A DNA stretch of 64,000 nucleotides from Candidatus Latescibacterota bacterium (GCA_965204725.1 OZ242005.1:2496001-2560000), one strand, 5' to 3'; counted from the stretch's first letter, positions 47,816-59,914 are shown. Made by a program: numbers and translations. The notes: generated by a model from the sequence alone, not told the origin.

Positions 47816-49090
47816 ATGGGAAGACCAAATACGTTCTGGATTGCATTTGTCGCCTTAGTGCTCATCGTCGTCGGAACGCATTCGAGCGCGAAGGCAGAGG
47901 AGGCGGTCAAAGTAGGCGTCCTGCATTCGCTCAGCGGCACGATGGCTATCTCGGAGGTATCGCTGCGCGACGCCGTGCTGATGGCGGTCGAGGAAATCAA
48001 TTCCAACGGCGGCGTTCTGGGGCGCAAAATTGAGCCGGTGGTCGTCGATCCGGCGTCCGACTGGGACCTATTCGCCGAAAAGTCCAAAGAGCTGTTGCTA
48101 GAGCACGAGGTGGCATCCGTCTTCGGCTGCTGGACCTCGGTGTCGCGCAAGTCGGTGCTGCCGGTTTTTGAAGAAAACGGGGGGTTGCTGTTCTATCCGG
48201 TCCAGTACGAAGGCGAGGAGTGTTCGCGCAACATCATCTATACAGGGGCCACTCCCAACCAGCAGTTAATCCCGGCCGCCCAGTATCTGATGAGCGAGGA
48301 AGGCGGCGGGTACGAGAAGTTCTACCTGCTCGGCACGGACTACGTATTCCCGCGCACGGCCAACAAAATCCTGCGGGCCTATCTCCTCGATCAAGGAGTG
48401 CCCGAGGCGAACATCATGGAGGAGTACACGCCCTTCCACCATCAGGATTACCAGACCATCGTGCAGAAGATCAAGCGCTTCGCCGCCGATGGTACGGCCG
48501 CGGTATTGAGTACGATCAACGGCGATTCCAACGTGCCCTTCTACAAGGAATTTGCCAATCAGGGGCTGACTTCGGCGCTGTGCCCGATCATGGCCTTTTC
48601 AGTGGCCGAAGACGAGCTGCGGGCGATGGATACCGAGTTTCTGGTCGGCCATCTGGCGGCTTGGAACTACTTCCAGTCGGTCGCCAGCAAAGAAAACCGG
48701 GATTTCGTCAAGAGCTTCAAGCAGTACTGCGAGGCCAACGGCTTGCCCGGCGGGCTAAGGCGCGTCACCGATGACCCGATTCTCTGGGCCTATACGGGGG
48801 TCTATTTGTGGAAGGGTGCGGTCGAAAAAGCCGGTTCCTTCGACGTGGAAAAGGTGCGGCCGGCGCTGTATGGGCTGGCGTTTGATTCGCCGGGCGGCCC
48901 CGTGATGATGGACGAGCGCAATCACCATCTGCACAAGCCCGTCTATATCGGCGAGATCAAAAAGAACGGCCAGTTCAAGATCGTCTATGAATCGGATGGC
49001 CTAGTAGCCCCTGATCCATGGGACGACATCACCAGTGCCGACAAGGACTGCGACCACGTCAATTACATGGGTACTTATACCCTAGAGTAA
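47816..49090 (+). CDS. urtA: Urea ABC transporter substrate-binding protein
   Basis: KVGVLHSLSGTMAISE, FGCWTSVSRKSVLP, YPVQYEG.E, GTDYVFPR, STINGDSN. Confidence 0.95.
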   Translation: MGRPNTFWIAFVALVLIVVGTHSSAKAEEAVKVGVLHSLSGTMAISEVSLRDAVLMAVEEINSNGGVLGRKIEPVVVDPASDWDLFAEKSKELLLEHEVASVFGCWTSVSRKSVLPVFEENGGLLFYPVQYEGEECSRNIIYTGATPNQQLIPAAQYLMSEEGGGYEKFYLLGTDYVFPRTANKILRAYLLDQGVPEANIMEEYTPFHHQDYQTIVQKIKRFAADGTAAVLSTINGDSNVPFYKEFANQGLTSALCPIMAFSVAEDELRAMDTEFLVGHLAAWNYFQSVASKENRDFVKSFKQYCEANGLPGGLRRVTDDPILWAYTGVYLWKGAVEKAGSFDVEKVRPALYGLAFDSPGGPVMMDERNHHLHKPVYIGEIKKNGQFKIVYESDGLVAPDPWDDITSADKDCDHVNYMGTYTLE

Positions 49091-49121
49091 TACTCTATCT
49101 AGCGCAGAAGGACACAAACCA

Positions 49122-50066
49122 ATGAACAAGAAAGTTGCAGCACTCGCACTGGCGATTTTTGCCGCCCAGACAGTATCCGCCGAGGTCACATTCTCTGGGT
49201 TTGTCGATATGAGCGCGTTCAGCGACGATGGAAACGCGAGCATGTCGCTGGACCAGTTTGAGTTGGATGTCTCGACGGACCTCGGGGGCGGGATCTCCAT
49301 GAGGGCGGATGTCAATGCCCTCGGGCCGACCGCCCCGGTCGAGCTAGAGCAGGCCTTCATCGCGTACGACACCGGCGCGGGCTTGGCGCTCACTGTGGGC
49401 AAGTTTCTTAGCTGCACCGGCTTTGAAGCGGCTGAACCCACGGGGTTGTATCAGTATTCGTATTCTGCCACCTTGGTGTACGGCGGCTATCAGAATGGGA
49501 TCGCGGCCTCTTATAGCTCGGATAAGTTCGGCCTGTATGGGGCGGTTGTTTCCAGCGTCTGGGATGGCGCGGAGACCGACCTCTCAGGGGATGATTTCGG
49601 TATAGAGGTCCAAGCAACGCTTACTCCCATCAGTGGCTTGACCGCCAAAGCCGCGCTCGCATGGGAGGGCGGTTTTGAGCACGCGACGCAGACCGAGCCT
49701 TTTGACCGGGCACTGCTCAACATCTGGGCGGCCTACGCGACCGGCCCGCTGACTTTGGCGGTTGAACTGAACGGGCTGGGCAACTGGGAAGGCGGCACTA
49801 TGCTTTACGAATCCGGTGGTGGGCTACTGGCGATGGCCAATTATGGGATCAGCGACAAAGTGGGCGTGACCGGCCGAATTTCCGGGATGACCTTGACGGA
49901 TGCCGTCGTCAAAGACGCGGCCGATTACGAGCTCAGCGAACTCACCATCGCCCCGAGCTACGCGGTCTCCGACAACTGGAGCCTCATCGGCGAGGTCAAG
50001 TGGCTCACCGAGGGCGACGCCGACGCTGTGACGCAAATCGCGCTGGAGTCGCTGCTAACGTTTTAG
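49122..50066 (+). CDS. Outer-membrane beta-barrel porin (putative)
   Basis: Signal peptide, FSGFVD, LEQAFIAY, GKF...GFE, YQYS, alternating beta strands, C-terminal F. Confidence 0.75.
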   Translation: MNKKVAALALAIFAAQTVSAEVTFSGFVDMSAFSDDGNASMSLDQFELDVSTDLGGGISMRADVNALGPTAPVELEQAFIAYDTGAGLALTVGKFLSCTGFEAAEPTGLYQYSYSATLVYGGYQNGIAASYSSDKFGLYGAVVSSVWDGAETDLSGDDFGIEVQATLTPISGLTAKAALAWEGGFEHATQTEPFDRALLNIWAAYATGPLTLAVELNGLGNWEGGTMLYESGGGLLAMANYGISDKVGVTGRISGMTLTDAVVKDAADYELSELTIAPSYAVSDNWSLIGEVKWLTEGDADAVTQIALESLLTF

Positions 50067-50071
50067 GGGGT

Positions 50072-50170
50072 GGAGCGGAGACGGCCGCTTCGTAGTTTAG
50101 CAACTGGTACGGTAAAAGGTAAAAATAAAGGTAAAGGTACATGGTAACTAGGCCGTCTCCGCTCCGTTTT
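50072..50170 (+). other. Long intercistronic hairpin
   Basis: Perfect 15-bp stem ggagcggagacggcc (50072-50086) / ggccgtctccgctcc (50151-50165) enclosing a purine-rich GGTAAA repeat, followed by GTTTT. Confidence 0.7.
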
Positions 50171-50194
50171 ACGGGGCGGAGTTCAATTTTGTCC

Positions 50195-51868
50195 ATGGGA
50201 ATTCTAAAGGTGCTGGCGGTGTGGGTCTTAGCGGCTGGAGCGGCTGGAGCAGGTCCGTGGGACGAGGAGCAGTTTGCGCGGCTGGCCAGCGGCGATGGCG
50301 AGGCGATTCAACAGGCCGCAACCGCGTTGGCCGCTCGCTACGACCAAGCCCATTACGCATTGATGCAGGGGTTGTTCAGCGGGGCGGTCTATTGCTGGAG
50401 TGAGCGCGCCGAGCAGAGCGGCTTGGTGCTCATCGGCGACGAGGAAATGGACGAGTACGGCGATTCGATCGCGCCGCTCTTTACGGCCTATCCCGAGCGC
50501 GTCCCCATCCTCGCCGAGGATGGTACGCCCGTCAAAATTTCGCTTTACGACCTAGCGGAGGTCGAGACCAATCGGAAGATCCGGGCGCTGACCCAGCCCT
50601 ACTTGCTACAGATGGAACTGGTCCACCCGGACGCCGACAAACGGCGGATTGCCGCTGAAAATATCGGCAATAAAGGCACGGCCGCGGCCATTCCAGCGTT
50701 GCTCCGCTCCATCGAGCCGGAGACGGACGGGTCGATACGGCGGTTGAAGCGCGTGTCGTTGGCCAAGCTGCAATTGGCCGACGCACAGGCCGGGGTGCGC
50801 TTGTCGGCGGTGGCCGCCTTGAAGGAACTGCGTAGTCCGTTGGCTATACCCGTCTTGGAGGAACTCCTGAGTACAGACGAGTCCGGGGCCTTTGCCGAAC
50901 CGGACGAGCGGGTGCGGGAGCGGGCGGTCGCGGCCCTGACTAGCTTGCGGCGTTTTAGTTCCTTCATGCAGGCGCTACAGACGATTTTCATTGGTCTGAG
51001 CTTGGGGTCCATCCTAGTCTTGATGTCGCTGGGGCTGGCGATTATTTACGGCCAGATGGGGGTGATTAACATGGCGCACGGCGAGTTTATGATGATCGGC
51101 GCCTACACTACTTTCGTGGTGCAGAACCTGTGCTTGGGCGTGCTGCCGCCGGAGTACGGCGACCTCTTTTTCGCCCTCTCCTTTCCGCTGGCCTTCCTAG
51201 TCGCTGGCGGCGTCGGGTTCCTGCTCGAAGCGTCGATTATCTGCCGGCTATACAGCCGACCGCTTGAAAGCCTGCTCGCCACTTGGGGCATCAGTCTGGT
51301 GCTGATCCAGGCGGCGCGCAGCGTCTTTGGCGATCTGACGGCGGTGAAATTGCCGCAGCTTCTGAGCGGCGGCTGGGAAATGGCGCCCCAAGTGGTGTTG
51401 CCCTATAACCGCATGTTCATCATGGCGCTGGCCGCGGCGATTGTCGGGCTGCTTTTGGCGCTTTTTTTTCGTACGCGCTTTGGCCTCAAGCTGCGGGCTA
51501 CCACCCAAAACCGGGCGATGAGTGCCTGCGTCGGCGTGCCGGTGCGGCGCATTGACTCCATGGCTTTTGCCTTGGGTACGGGGATTGCCGGCGTGGCCGG
51601 TTGGGCGATGACCTTGGTGGGCAATGTCGTACCCAACATGGGCCAGACCTACATCGTCGATTCGTTCCTCGTAGTCGTCACGGGCGGAGTCGGCAAGTTG
51701 GTCGGCACGATCAGTGCCGGGCTGGGGATCGGCATTTTCAACAAGATGCTCGAGCCGCTCTTTGAAGCCGTGTACGGCAAGGTCATCCTGCTAGGCTTGA
51801 TCATCGTCTTTTTGCAGTCGCGTCCGACCGGCCTCTTCCCGGCCAAAGGACGGAGCGCGGAACTATGA
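50195..51868 (+). CDS. urtB: Urea ABC transporter permease UrtB with N-terminal HEAT-like extension
   Basis: LGLAIIYGQMGVINMAHGEF, RPLESLLATWG, YIVDSF; start uncertain (50141 or 50195). Confidence 0.9.
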   Translation: MGILKVLAVWVLAAGAAGAGPWDEEQFARLASGDGEAIQQAATALAARYDQAHYALMQGLFSGAVYCWSERAEQSGLVLIGDEEMDEYGDSIAPLFTAYPERVPILAEDGTPVKISLYDLAEVETNRKIRALTQPYLLQMELVHPDADKRRIAAENIGNKGTAAAIPALLRSIEPETDGSIRRLKRVSLAKLQLADAQAGVRLSAVAALKELRSPLAIPVLEELLSTDESGAFAEPDERVRERAVAALTSLRRFSSFMQALQTIFIGLSLGSILVLMSLGLAIIYGQMGVINMAHGEFMMIGAYTTFVVQNLCLGVLPPEYGDLFFALSFPLAFLVAGGVGFLLEASIICRLYSRPLESLLATWGISLVLIQAARSVFGDLTAVKLPQLLSGGWEMAPQVVLPYNRMFIMALAAAIVGLLLALFFRTRFGLKLRATTQNRAMSACVGVPVRRIDSMAFALGTGIAGVAGWAMTLVGNVVPNMGQTYIVDSFLVVVTGGVGKLVGTISAGLGIGIFNKMLEPLFEAVYGKVILLGLIIVFLQSRPTGLFPAKGRSAEL

Positions 51869-52923
51869 CCCCATCTAAGCACCACCTCATCGCTGGTTCG
51901 CTGTTCGCCTTTTTTGGGGTGCTAGTCCCCTTGCTCAACCATCTCGGCCTAGTCGCCGATACGACCCTGAACCTGTGGGGGCGCTATTTTTGTTTCGCTA
52001 TCGTCGCCTTGGGGATGGACCTGATTTGGGGATTTACCGGCATTCTGTCGCTGTGCCAAGCGTTTTTCTTTTGCTTGGGTGGCTACGCCATGGGGATGCA
52101 TCTGCTGCTCAAGACCGGGACTCAGGGCGTGTACGGCAGCGCCTTGCCCGACTTCATGGTCTGGAATCGGGTCGAGGAGCTGCCGCTTTTTTGGCAGCCG
52201 TTTCACAGTTTGCCGCTAACCTTAATCCTCGGGCTGCTGGTGCCGGGATTGGCCGCGCTGGTCTTTGGTTTTCTCGCCTTCCGCAGCCGCATCAAGGGCG
52301 TGTATTTGGCCATTATCACCCAAGCACTGGCACTGGCGATGTGGCTGCTTTTCTTGCGCAACGAGACCATGTTGGGAGGGACCAACGGGCTGACGGATTT
52401 CAAGACCCTGCTGGGGTTTGAATTGGCCGCGCCCGCGACCAAGCGCGGGCTCTACGTGGTGGCCTGTGCCGCGCTCGTGGGGGCGTATTATCTCTGCCGC
52501 TATATCGTCGGCTCCAAGTTGGGCAAATTGCTCGTCGCCATCCGCGACAGCGAACACCGCCTGCGCTTTATCGGCTACCCCATCACCCGCTACAAGCTCT
52601 TCGTCTTTGTCGTCGCCAGCGCCTTGGCCGGCTTGGGGGGGATGCTCTACGTGCCGCAGACCGGCATTATCACCCCGGGGCGGATGGACGTTCAGGCTTC
52701 GATTGAGATCGTGGTGTGGACGGCGGTCGGCGGCCGAGGGACGTTGGTGGGCGCGATCGTCGGGGCCGTGCTGGTCAACTTGCTCTACAGCTTCCTCACC
52801 GGCGCGTTCCCCGGCACTTGGCTCTACTTTCTCGGGGCACTTTTTGTCGGGGTGGTGCTGTTCTTTCCCGACGGCGTCGCCGGCCTAGTCGGGCGTTTGC
52901 GCCGGCCGCCAAAGACCGCGTAA
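51865..52923 (+). CDS. urtC: Urea ABC transporter permease UrtC
   Basis: DLIWGFTGILSL, LPDFMVW, SRIKGVY..IITQA, GGTNGLT. Confidence 0.92.
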   Translation: MTPSKHHLIAGSLFAFFGVLVPLLNHLGLVADTTLNLWGRYFCFAIVALGMDLIWGFTGILSLCQAFFFCLGGYAMGMHLLLKTGTQGVYGSALPDFMVWNRVEELPLFWQPFHSLPLTLILGLLVPGLAALVFGFLAFRSRIKGVYLAIITQALALAMWLLFLRNETMLGGTNGLTDFKTLLGFELAAPATKRGLYVVACAALVGAYYLCRYIVGSKLGKLLVAIRDSEHRLRFIGYPITRYKLFVFVVASALAGLGGMLYVPQTGIITPGRMDVQASIEIVVWTAVGGRGTLVGAIVGAVLVNLLYSFLTGAFPGTWLYFLGALFVGVVLFFPDGVAGLVGRLRRPPKTA

Positions 52924-52936
52924 CGAGGGGTGAGCC

Positions 52937-53698
52937 ATGGACCACCTATACGTGCAGAAGTTGAGTGTGTCGTTCGACGGCTTCAAGGCGCTGGATATCG
53001 ACATCTTTGAGGTGGCCCAAAACGAGCTGCGGGTGGTCATTGGTCCCAACGGCGCGGGCAAGACGACCCTGCTCGACGTGCTCTGCGGCCGGGCTAGGCC
53101 CGATGTCGGACACGCCTATTTCAAGGATCAAGACCTGACCAAGCTAAGCGAAGACGAGATCGTCGCGCTCGGGGTGGGGCGCAAGTTCCAAACGCCGACG
53201 GTTTTTACTTCCCTGACCGTCGCCGACAATTTGCTGCTGGCCGTCAAGGCCAACCGAGGGGTATTCGCCTCCCTGTTCCACCGGCTCCAAGCGACCGAGC
53301 GTCGCCGGATTGAGGAGGTGGCCGAGCGCACCGGGCTGGAGGATGCGCTGGACGAGGTCGCTGGGACGCTGTCGCACGGGCAGAAGCAGTGGTTGGAGAT
53401 CGCCATGGTCATCTTGCAGGACCCCACGCTCTTTTTGGTCGATGAGCCCGCCGCGGGCATGACCGACCAAGAGGCTTTCCGCACCGGGGAGATTCTCCAA
53501 GGGCTCGCCGAAGATCACGCCCTGATCGTCATTGAGCACGACATGGAATTTGTGCGGCAAATCGCTCGCAAAGTAACCGTGCTACACGAGGGCAAAATCC
53601 TAGTTGAGGGGCCGATGGCCGCGGTGCAGAGCGATCCGCGCGTCATTGAGTGCTATCTGGGAACGGCCATGGAACGGGAGGAACCCAGTGCCCGTTGA
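52937..53698 (+). CDS. urtD: Urea ABC transporter ATPase UrtD
   Basis: VSFDGFKAL, GPNGAGKTT, GRKFQTP, LSHGQKQWLEI. Confidence 0.92.
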   Translation: MDHLYVQKLSVSFDGFKALDIDIFEVAQNELRVVIGPNGAGKTTLLDVLCGRARPDVGHAYFKDQDLTKLSEDEIVALGVGRKFQTPTVFTSLTVADNLLLAVKANRGVFASLFHRLQATERRRIEEVAERTGLEDALDEVAGTLSHGQKQWLEIAMVILQDPTLFLVDEPAAGMTDQEAFRTGEILQGLAEDHALIVIEHDMEFVRQIARKVTVLHEGKILVEGPMAAVQSDPRVIECYLGTAMEREEPSAR

Positions 53699-54395
53699 AA
53701 CCGTGCTGGCGGTGGAAAACTTAGAAGTCCACTACGGGGGCAGCCGCATCTTGCGGGACATTAGCTTGCAGGTTCCCAGCGGCTCGATTGTGGCGGTGAT
53801 GGGGCGCAACGGCGTTGGCAAAACGACGCTGCTCAAGGCGATCATGGGGCTGTTGACGCCGAGCAAGGGGCGGGTGTTTTTCGCCAGCGAGGACGTCACG
53901 TTGCTGACGGCGGACGAGCGCACTCGGCGGGGGTTGGGGTACGTGCCGCAGGGCCGCGAGATTTTTCCGCAGTTGACGGTGCGGGAAAACTTGGAAATCG
54001 GCCTAGCGGCGTGCGCGGGTGCTGGTCGGGTTCCCGAAGAGGTCTTCGCGCTCTTTCCGGTGTTGGCGGACATGCAGGAGCGGCTGGGCGGCAATTTGAG
54101 CGGCGGCCAGCAACAGCAGTTGGCCATTGCGCGGGCGCTGGTCGGCCAACCCAAGGTCCTGATGCTCGACGAACCGACCGAAGGGATTCAGCCGTCGATC
54201 ATCTTGGCCATAGAAAAGGTGTTGCTCCAGCTCAAGGAGCGGGGCGAATTCGCCATCGTCCTAGTCGAGCAATACTTCGACTTCGCGCGGCAGATCGCCG
54301 ATTACTTCTTTCTCATGGACCGCGGCCGTATCTTGTTGCAGGGGACAGCCGCCGAGCTGTCGGACGAAAGCATCAAGACCCATCTGACGTTTTGA
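53688..54395 (+). CDS. urtE: Urea ABC transporter ATPase UrtE
   Basis: [50 protein letters not shown]. Confidence 0.92.
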   Translation: MPVETVLAVENLEVHYGGSRILRDISLQVPSGSIVAVMGRNGVGKTTLLKAIMGLLTPSKGRVFFASEDVTLLTADERTRRGLGYVPQGREIFPQLTVRENLEIGLAACAGAGRVPEEVFALFPVLADMQERLGGNLSGGQQQQLAIARALVGQPKVLMLDEPTEGIQPSIILAIEKVLLQLKERGEFAIVLVEQYFDFARQIADYFFLMDRGRILLQGTAAELSDESIKTHLTF

Positions 54396-54405
54396 AGGAG
54401 GATTC

Positions 54406-55161
54406 ATGCGACTTTCCCCGCGGGAAATCGACAAGCTAGTGCTGCACAACGCCGGGTTTGTCGCGCAAAAGCGCTATGCCCGCGGCCTGCGGCTCAACTA
54501 TCCAGAGGCGACCGCGCTGATCGCGGCGCAGTTGCTCGAGTTTATCCGCGATGGCGAGCGGGTCGCCACCTTGATGGACAAGGGCAAGCAATTGCTCGGG
54601 ATTGAAGAGGTGCTGCCGGGGGTGCCGGAGCTGGTCCACGAGGTGCAGGTCGAGGGTACGTTCCCCGACGGCACCAAGCTGGTGACGGTCCATCAGCCGA
54701 TCTGCCGGGAGCGCGGCAACGCCGAGTTGGCGCTCTATGGGTCGGGGCTGGTGCGCGAGGGGCCGACGTGGTCGCCGGACAATGCGTCCCGCGCGGCCGT
54801 TGGGGAAACGCTGGTGGCGGCTGACGAGCTCGCGCTCAATACAGGCCGCGAAAGGGTCGCGCTCGAAGTGGTCAACACGGGCGACCGCCCCGTGCAGGTG
54901 GGGTCGCACTTTCCCTTTTTTGAGGCCAACGCCGAGCTGCGTTTCGACCGCGCCCGAGCCTATGGTTTTCGCCTCGACATTCCCTCGGGAACGGCGGTGC
55001 GTTTCGAGCCGGGAGAGACCCAGACGGTGACGCTGGTCGCTGTCGCGGGCCAGCGCGTCGTCCAAGGCGGCAGCGGTTTGATTGGCGGGGCCTTGAGCGA
55101 TTCCAACAAGCAGGCGGCACTAGCCCGTGCGAAAGAGCGCGGCTTTTTGGGAGTGGAGTAG
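54406..55161 (+). CDS. ureA: Urease gamma/beta fusion subunit
   Basis: [24 protein letters not shown], then [12 protein letters not shown] and [15 protein letters not shown]. Confidence 0.93.
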   Translation: MRLSPREIDKLVLHNAGFVAQKRYARGLRLNYPEATALIAAQLLEFIRDGERVATLMDKGKQLLGIEEVLPGVPELVHEVQVEGTFPDGTKLVTVHQPICRERGNAELALYGSGLVREGPTWSPDNASRAAVGETLVAADELALNTGRERVALEVVNTGDRPVQVGSHFPFFEANAELRFDRARAYGFRLDIPSGTAVRFEPGETQTVTLVAVAGQRVVQGGSGLIGGALSDSNKQAALARAKERGFLGVE

Positions 55162-55163
55162 CT

Positions 55164-56867
55164 ATGCGGATGGATCGACGCGCTTATGCGGATATGTACG
55201 GCCCCACCACCGGCGACCGGGTGCGGCTGGGCGACACGGATTTGGTCGTCGAGGTGGAAAAGGATCACACCGTATATGGCGAGGAGTGCAAGTTTGGCGG
55301 CGGCAAAGTGTTGCGCGACGGCATGGGGCAGCAGAGCGGCGCGAGCCAAAAAGAAGCGCTGGACTTGGTAATCACCAACGCGCTGGTGCTCGACTACACG
55401 GGCATCTACAAAGCCGATCTCGGCGTCAAGGACGGGCGTATCGCCGGGATTGGCAAGGCGGGCAACCCAGACATCATGCCGGGGGTGACCGAGCGGATGA
55501 TCGTCGGCGCGACCACCGAAGTGGTGGCCGGAGAAAAGCTGATTTTGACGGCCGGCGCACTGGACGTCCACGTCCACTTCATCTGCCCGCAGCAAGTGGA
55601 AGAGGCCATCGCCTCGGGCATCACCACGATGCTCGGCGGCGGCACCGGCCCGGCGACCGGAACGAATGCCACCACTTGTACCCCCGGTGCTTTTTACATC
55701 CGCACGATGCTACAGGCGGCCGATGCTTGGCCGCTCAACTTTGGCTTTTTGGGCAAGGGCAATTCGTCGGCGCGCCCAGGGCTGGCGGCGCAAATTGAGG
55801 CGGGGGCCTGCGGGCTCAAGCTGCACGAGGACTGGGGCACGACGCCAGCGACCATTGATGCGTGTCTGGCCGTCGCCGAAGAATTTGACGTGCAGGTTTG
55901 CATCCACACCGACACGCTCAACGAGTCCGGCTTTGTCGAGGCGTCGCGGGCGGCGTTCAAAAACCGGACGATTCACACCTACCACACCGAGGGGGCCGGC
56001 GGCGGCCACGCGCCCGACATTATGCGGCTTTGCGGCGAGGCCAATGTGCTGCCCTCCTCGACCAACCCGACGCGGCCCTTCACGGTCAACACGATCGACG
56101 AACACTTGGACATGCTGATGGTCTGTCACCACCTCGACAAGAACATTCCCGAGGACGTGGCGTTTGCCGAGAGCCGGATCCGCCAAGAGACCATCGCGGC
56201 CGAAGACGTTTTGCACGACTTGGGTGCGCTGTCGATTATCGCCTCGGACAGCCAAGCCATGGGCCGCGTGGGGGAGGTGGTGTGCCGAACTTGGCAGACG
56301 GCGCACAAGATGAGCCAACAGCGGGGCCGGTTGCCCCAAGACCCGGGCGGCAGCGACAACTATCGCGCCCGCCGCTACATCGCCAAATACACCATCAACC
56401 CGGCCCTCGCCCACGGGCTCTCGCCCCACATCGGCTCGGTGGAGACGGGCAAGCTGGCCGATCTGGTGTTGTGGCAGCCGGCTTTTTTCGGGGTCAAGCC
56501 CGAGCTCGTGATCAAAGGCGGGGTAATCGCCTACGCGCAAATGGGCGACGCCAATGCGTCCATCCCCACGCCGCAGCCCGTGTATCCGCGCCCCATGTTC
56601 GGCTCCTACGGCAACGCGGTGGGGCCGACCGGTCTGGCGTTTGTTTCACAGGCGTCGTGCGAGCAGGTGGGGGAGTACGGGTTGGCCAAAGAGATCGTGC
56701 CGGTTGCACATTGCCGCGACATTGGCAAGGCCGATATGCGGCTCAACGACGCCATGCCCAACCTAGAAGTGGACCCAGAGACCTATAAGGTGCGCATCGA
56801 TGGCCGAGAGATTACCTGCGCCCCGGCGGAAAAACTGCCGCTGGCGCAATTGTATCACCTGTTCTAA
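55164..56867 (+). CDS. ureC: Urease alpha subunit
   Basis: [53 protein letters not shown]. Confidence 0.97.
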   Translation: MRMDRRAYADMYGPTTGDRVRLGDTDLVVEVEKDHTVYGEECKFGGGKVLRDGMGQQSGASQKEALDLVITNALVLDYTGIYKADLGVKDGRIAGIGKAGNPDIMPGVTERMIVGATTEVVAGEKLILTAGALDVHVHFICPQQVEEAIASGITTMLGGGTGPATGTNATTCTPGAFYIRTMLQAADAWPLNFGFLGKGNSSARPGLAAQIEAGACGLKLHEDWGTTPATIDACLAVAEEFDVQVCIHTDTLNESGFVEASRAAFKNRTIHTYHTEGAGGGHAPDIMRLCGEANVLPSSTNPTRPFTVNTIDEHLDMLMVCHHLDKNIPEDVAFAESRIRQETIAAEDVLHDLGALSIIASDSQAMGRVGEVVCRTWQTAHKMSQQRGRLPQDPGGSDNYRARRYIAKYTINPALAHGLSPHIGSVETGKLADLVLWQPAFFGVKPELVIKGGVIAYAQMGDANASIPTPQPVYPRPMFGSYGNAVGPTGLAFVSQASCEQVGEYGLAKEIVPVAHCRDIGKADMRLNDAMPNLEVDPETYKVRIDGREITCAPAEKLPLAQLYHLF

Positions 56868-56868
56868 G

Positions 56869-57521
56869 ATGAATCGCCTCTATCCGCTAATGCACCTCGC
56901 CGACAGCGCACTGCCGGCCGGCGGTTATGCCTTTTCCAATGGCTTGGAAGGGGCCTATCAGTTGGGCTTGCTCAATGCGTGCGGGGCGCTTGAAGAGTTC
57001 GTGCGCTCAGCACTAATGGCCGCGGCTTACGGCGAGATGCCCTTCATCCATTCCTGTTATGCCGAATCCGACGACGAGGCCCTAGCGGACATGCTGCATT
57101 TCTACGACGCGCTCATCGCGGCCCCAGCCATGCGCCGAGCGAGCTTGGTTTTGGGCAAGAACTGGTTGCGGCTGATGGCTGGCTTGTACCCGGAGGTCGA
57201 GTTTACAACCTTGCGGCCGGCCCCAGCGCATTATACGGTGGTTTTTGGGCTGGCGTTGAAGGCCACGGGCTTTGCCCAAGCCGACGCCCAGCGGCTTTAC
57301 ATGTTTCAGGTTCTCAGGGATCAACTGAGTGCTGCGGTGCGTCTCGGGGTCGTCGGGCCGCTGGAGGCCACGCGCAAGCAGTGGGGCCTGTATGGGCATT
57401 GCGAGGAATTGCTGGCGGAAGTGGCGGGCCGACCCTACGCCCAAGCGACGCGCTGTGCGCCCCAGCTCGACATCGCCCAGAGCACCCACGACGACCTCTA
57501 CTCGCGCCTTTTCCAAAGTTG

Positions 57522-57522
<1 letters not shown>
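56869..57522 (+). CDS. ureF: Urease accessory protein UreF
   Basis: [31 protein letters not shown]. Confidence 0.9.
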
Positions 57523-58226
<704 letters not shown>

Positions 58227-58629
58227 GCCACACCACCTATCCGCTTGGCGCAACCGATTGAAGGAAGCGGAGCAGCGGCTGCAAGACGCCCAAGCGCAAG
58301 GCGACAACCCGGCGGTCTTATTGGCGCAGTACAAGGTCTCCAATCTAAAGCACCGAATCGGCCAATGGCCGTTGCCGTACTGGGAGCCGAAGGACTTCAG
58401 CCCCCGACGGCTAAAGCCGACCAGCGGCGATTTTGCGGTATGTCTTGGCCTGTCCCGCGGTGTTGGAAAGCCCTAGTATAAACCCAATCGGAGATTTTTT
58501 GGGCGGGATAGTAGCGGCTTTTGTGCGGATTGGCTTTTTGTGCGTTCAATAGTTCATTCACGGAGGAGATGAAGGGGGCTGCTGCGTCAGTATGGTGGCC
58601 GCCAGTGAACGGATCGGAAAGGACCGGCT

Positions 58630-59424
58630 ATGCGTGAAGCGTCACAGCCTCTCAACGCTTTGCCGCAAGGTTATCGGCTACAAGAATACGAACTGGTACG
58701 CGTGTTGGGCTTTGGCGGCTTCGGCATGACCTATTTGGGCTTTGACCACAACTTGGACAAGCCCGTCGCTATCAAGGAATATCTGCCGTCGGATATTGCT
58801 ACTCGCACTGCCGACCGTAGTGTCGCCGCGCAAGCCAGCGAGGTTCGGGGCGATTTTCAATGGGGGCTGGAGCGGTTCGTGGACGAGGCGCGTACCTTAG
58901 CTCGCTTTGATCATCGCCACATTATCAAGGTGCATCGTTTTTTTGAGGCGCATGGTACGGCCTATATCGTGATGGAATATGCCGAGGGCGAGACCTTATC
59001 GGCATATCTTGAGCGCAAGGGGTCGCTGAGCGAAGCGGAACTCAAAGCGATTCTGTATCCGCTGTTGGATGGGTTGGCGGTGGTGCATGGGGCGGACTTT
59101 CTGCACCGGGACATTAAGCCGGGCAACATCGTCTTGCGGGATGTGGATGGTTCGCCCGTGCTGTTGGACTTTGGGGCAGTACGTCAGGCGATTGGGGCGA
59201 AGAGTCGGTCGGTCACGTCTATCGTGACGCCCGGGTATGCGCCGATTGAACAGTATTCGACTCGGGGGCGTCAAGGGGCGTGGACGGATATATATGCGTT
59301 GGGGGGCGTGTGCTATCGGGCGTTGACGGGGGATGTGCCGGAGGATGCGACGGATGTTGGCATGGGTTGGTGTGTCGGACCGCTCAGGGGGTGTCTGGGG
59401 GGACGACAGGGCGGTGGTGGTTGA
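58630..59424 (+). pseudogene. C-terminally truncated Hanks-type Ser/Thr kinase
   Basis: GFGGFG, VAIKE, HRDIKPGN, DFG, YAPIE, DIYALG; similarity stops abruptly at EDATD (~59355), lacking subdomain XI and any sensor domain. Confidence 0.7.
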
Positions 59425-59551
59425 GTTCATGACGAGCTTGGGGGTTGGCTTATCAGAAAAGGTCTCCGGGGCACCTTTTTGTGTCGATTGTGGTTTTTGT
59501 GTCTTTTTTCGTGGTTTTTGTGCTAAAAATCTTAACGTAGGAGGAGTGGTT

Positions 59552-59914
59552 ATGGTTGGTATGAGCAAGTCGGATGCGCGGGCGGAGTTGGATAGTCTGG
59601 GTATCGACTATACGGACGTGGATAAGTTTTTTGATTTGTTGGAGGAGGGCGCCTTAGCGCTTGGGGGGGCGGGCAACTTCGCGGTTGTCAAGCTGTTTGT
59701 GGTGGCGGGGATGGATGTGGACGCGAAGGACAGGGACGGCGGTACGGCGTTGCACTGGGCGGCGGATAGGGGTCGTTTGGATATAGTCAAGTTTTTGAAG
59801 TGTGCGGGAGCGAGTCTGCGAGATAGGGATGACGCTGGCTTGACGCCTCGGGGTAGGGCGGTAAGGAGGGGCCATACGGCGGTGGTGGATTATTTGGAGT
59901 CTGTGGGCGGGTAG
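59552..59914 (+). CDS. Small ankyrin-repeat protein
   Basis: GGAGGAG RBS; VVKLFVVAG, GGTALHWAA..GRLDIVKFL, GLTP...A...GHTAVVDYL. Confidence 0.75.
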   Translation: MVGMSKSDARAELDSLGIDYTDVDKFFDLLEEGALALGGAGNFAVVKLFVVAGMDVDAKDRDGGTALHWAADRGRLDIVKFLKCAGASLRDRDDAGLTPRGRAVRRGHTAVVDYLESVGG

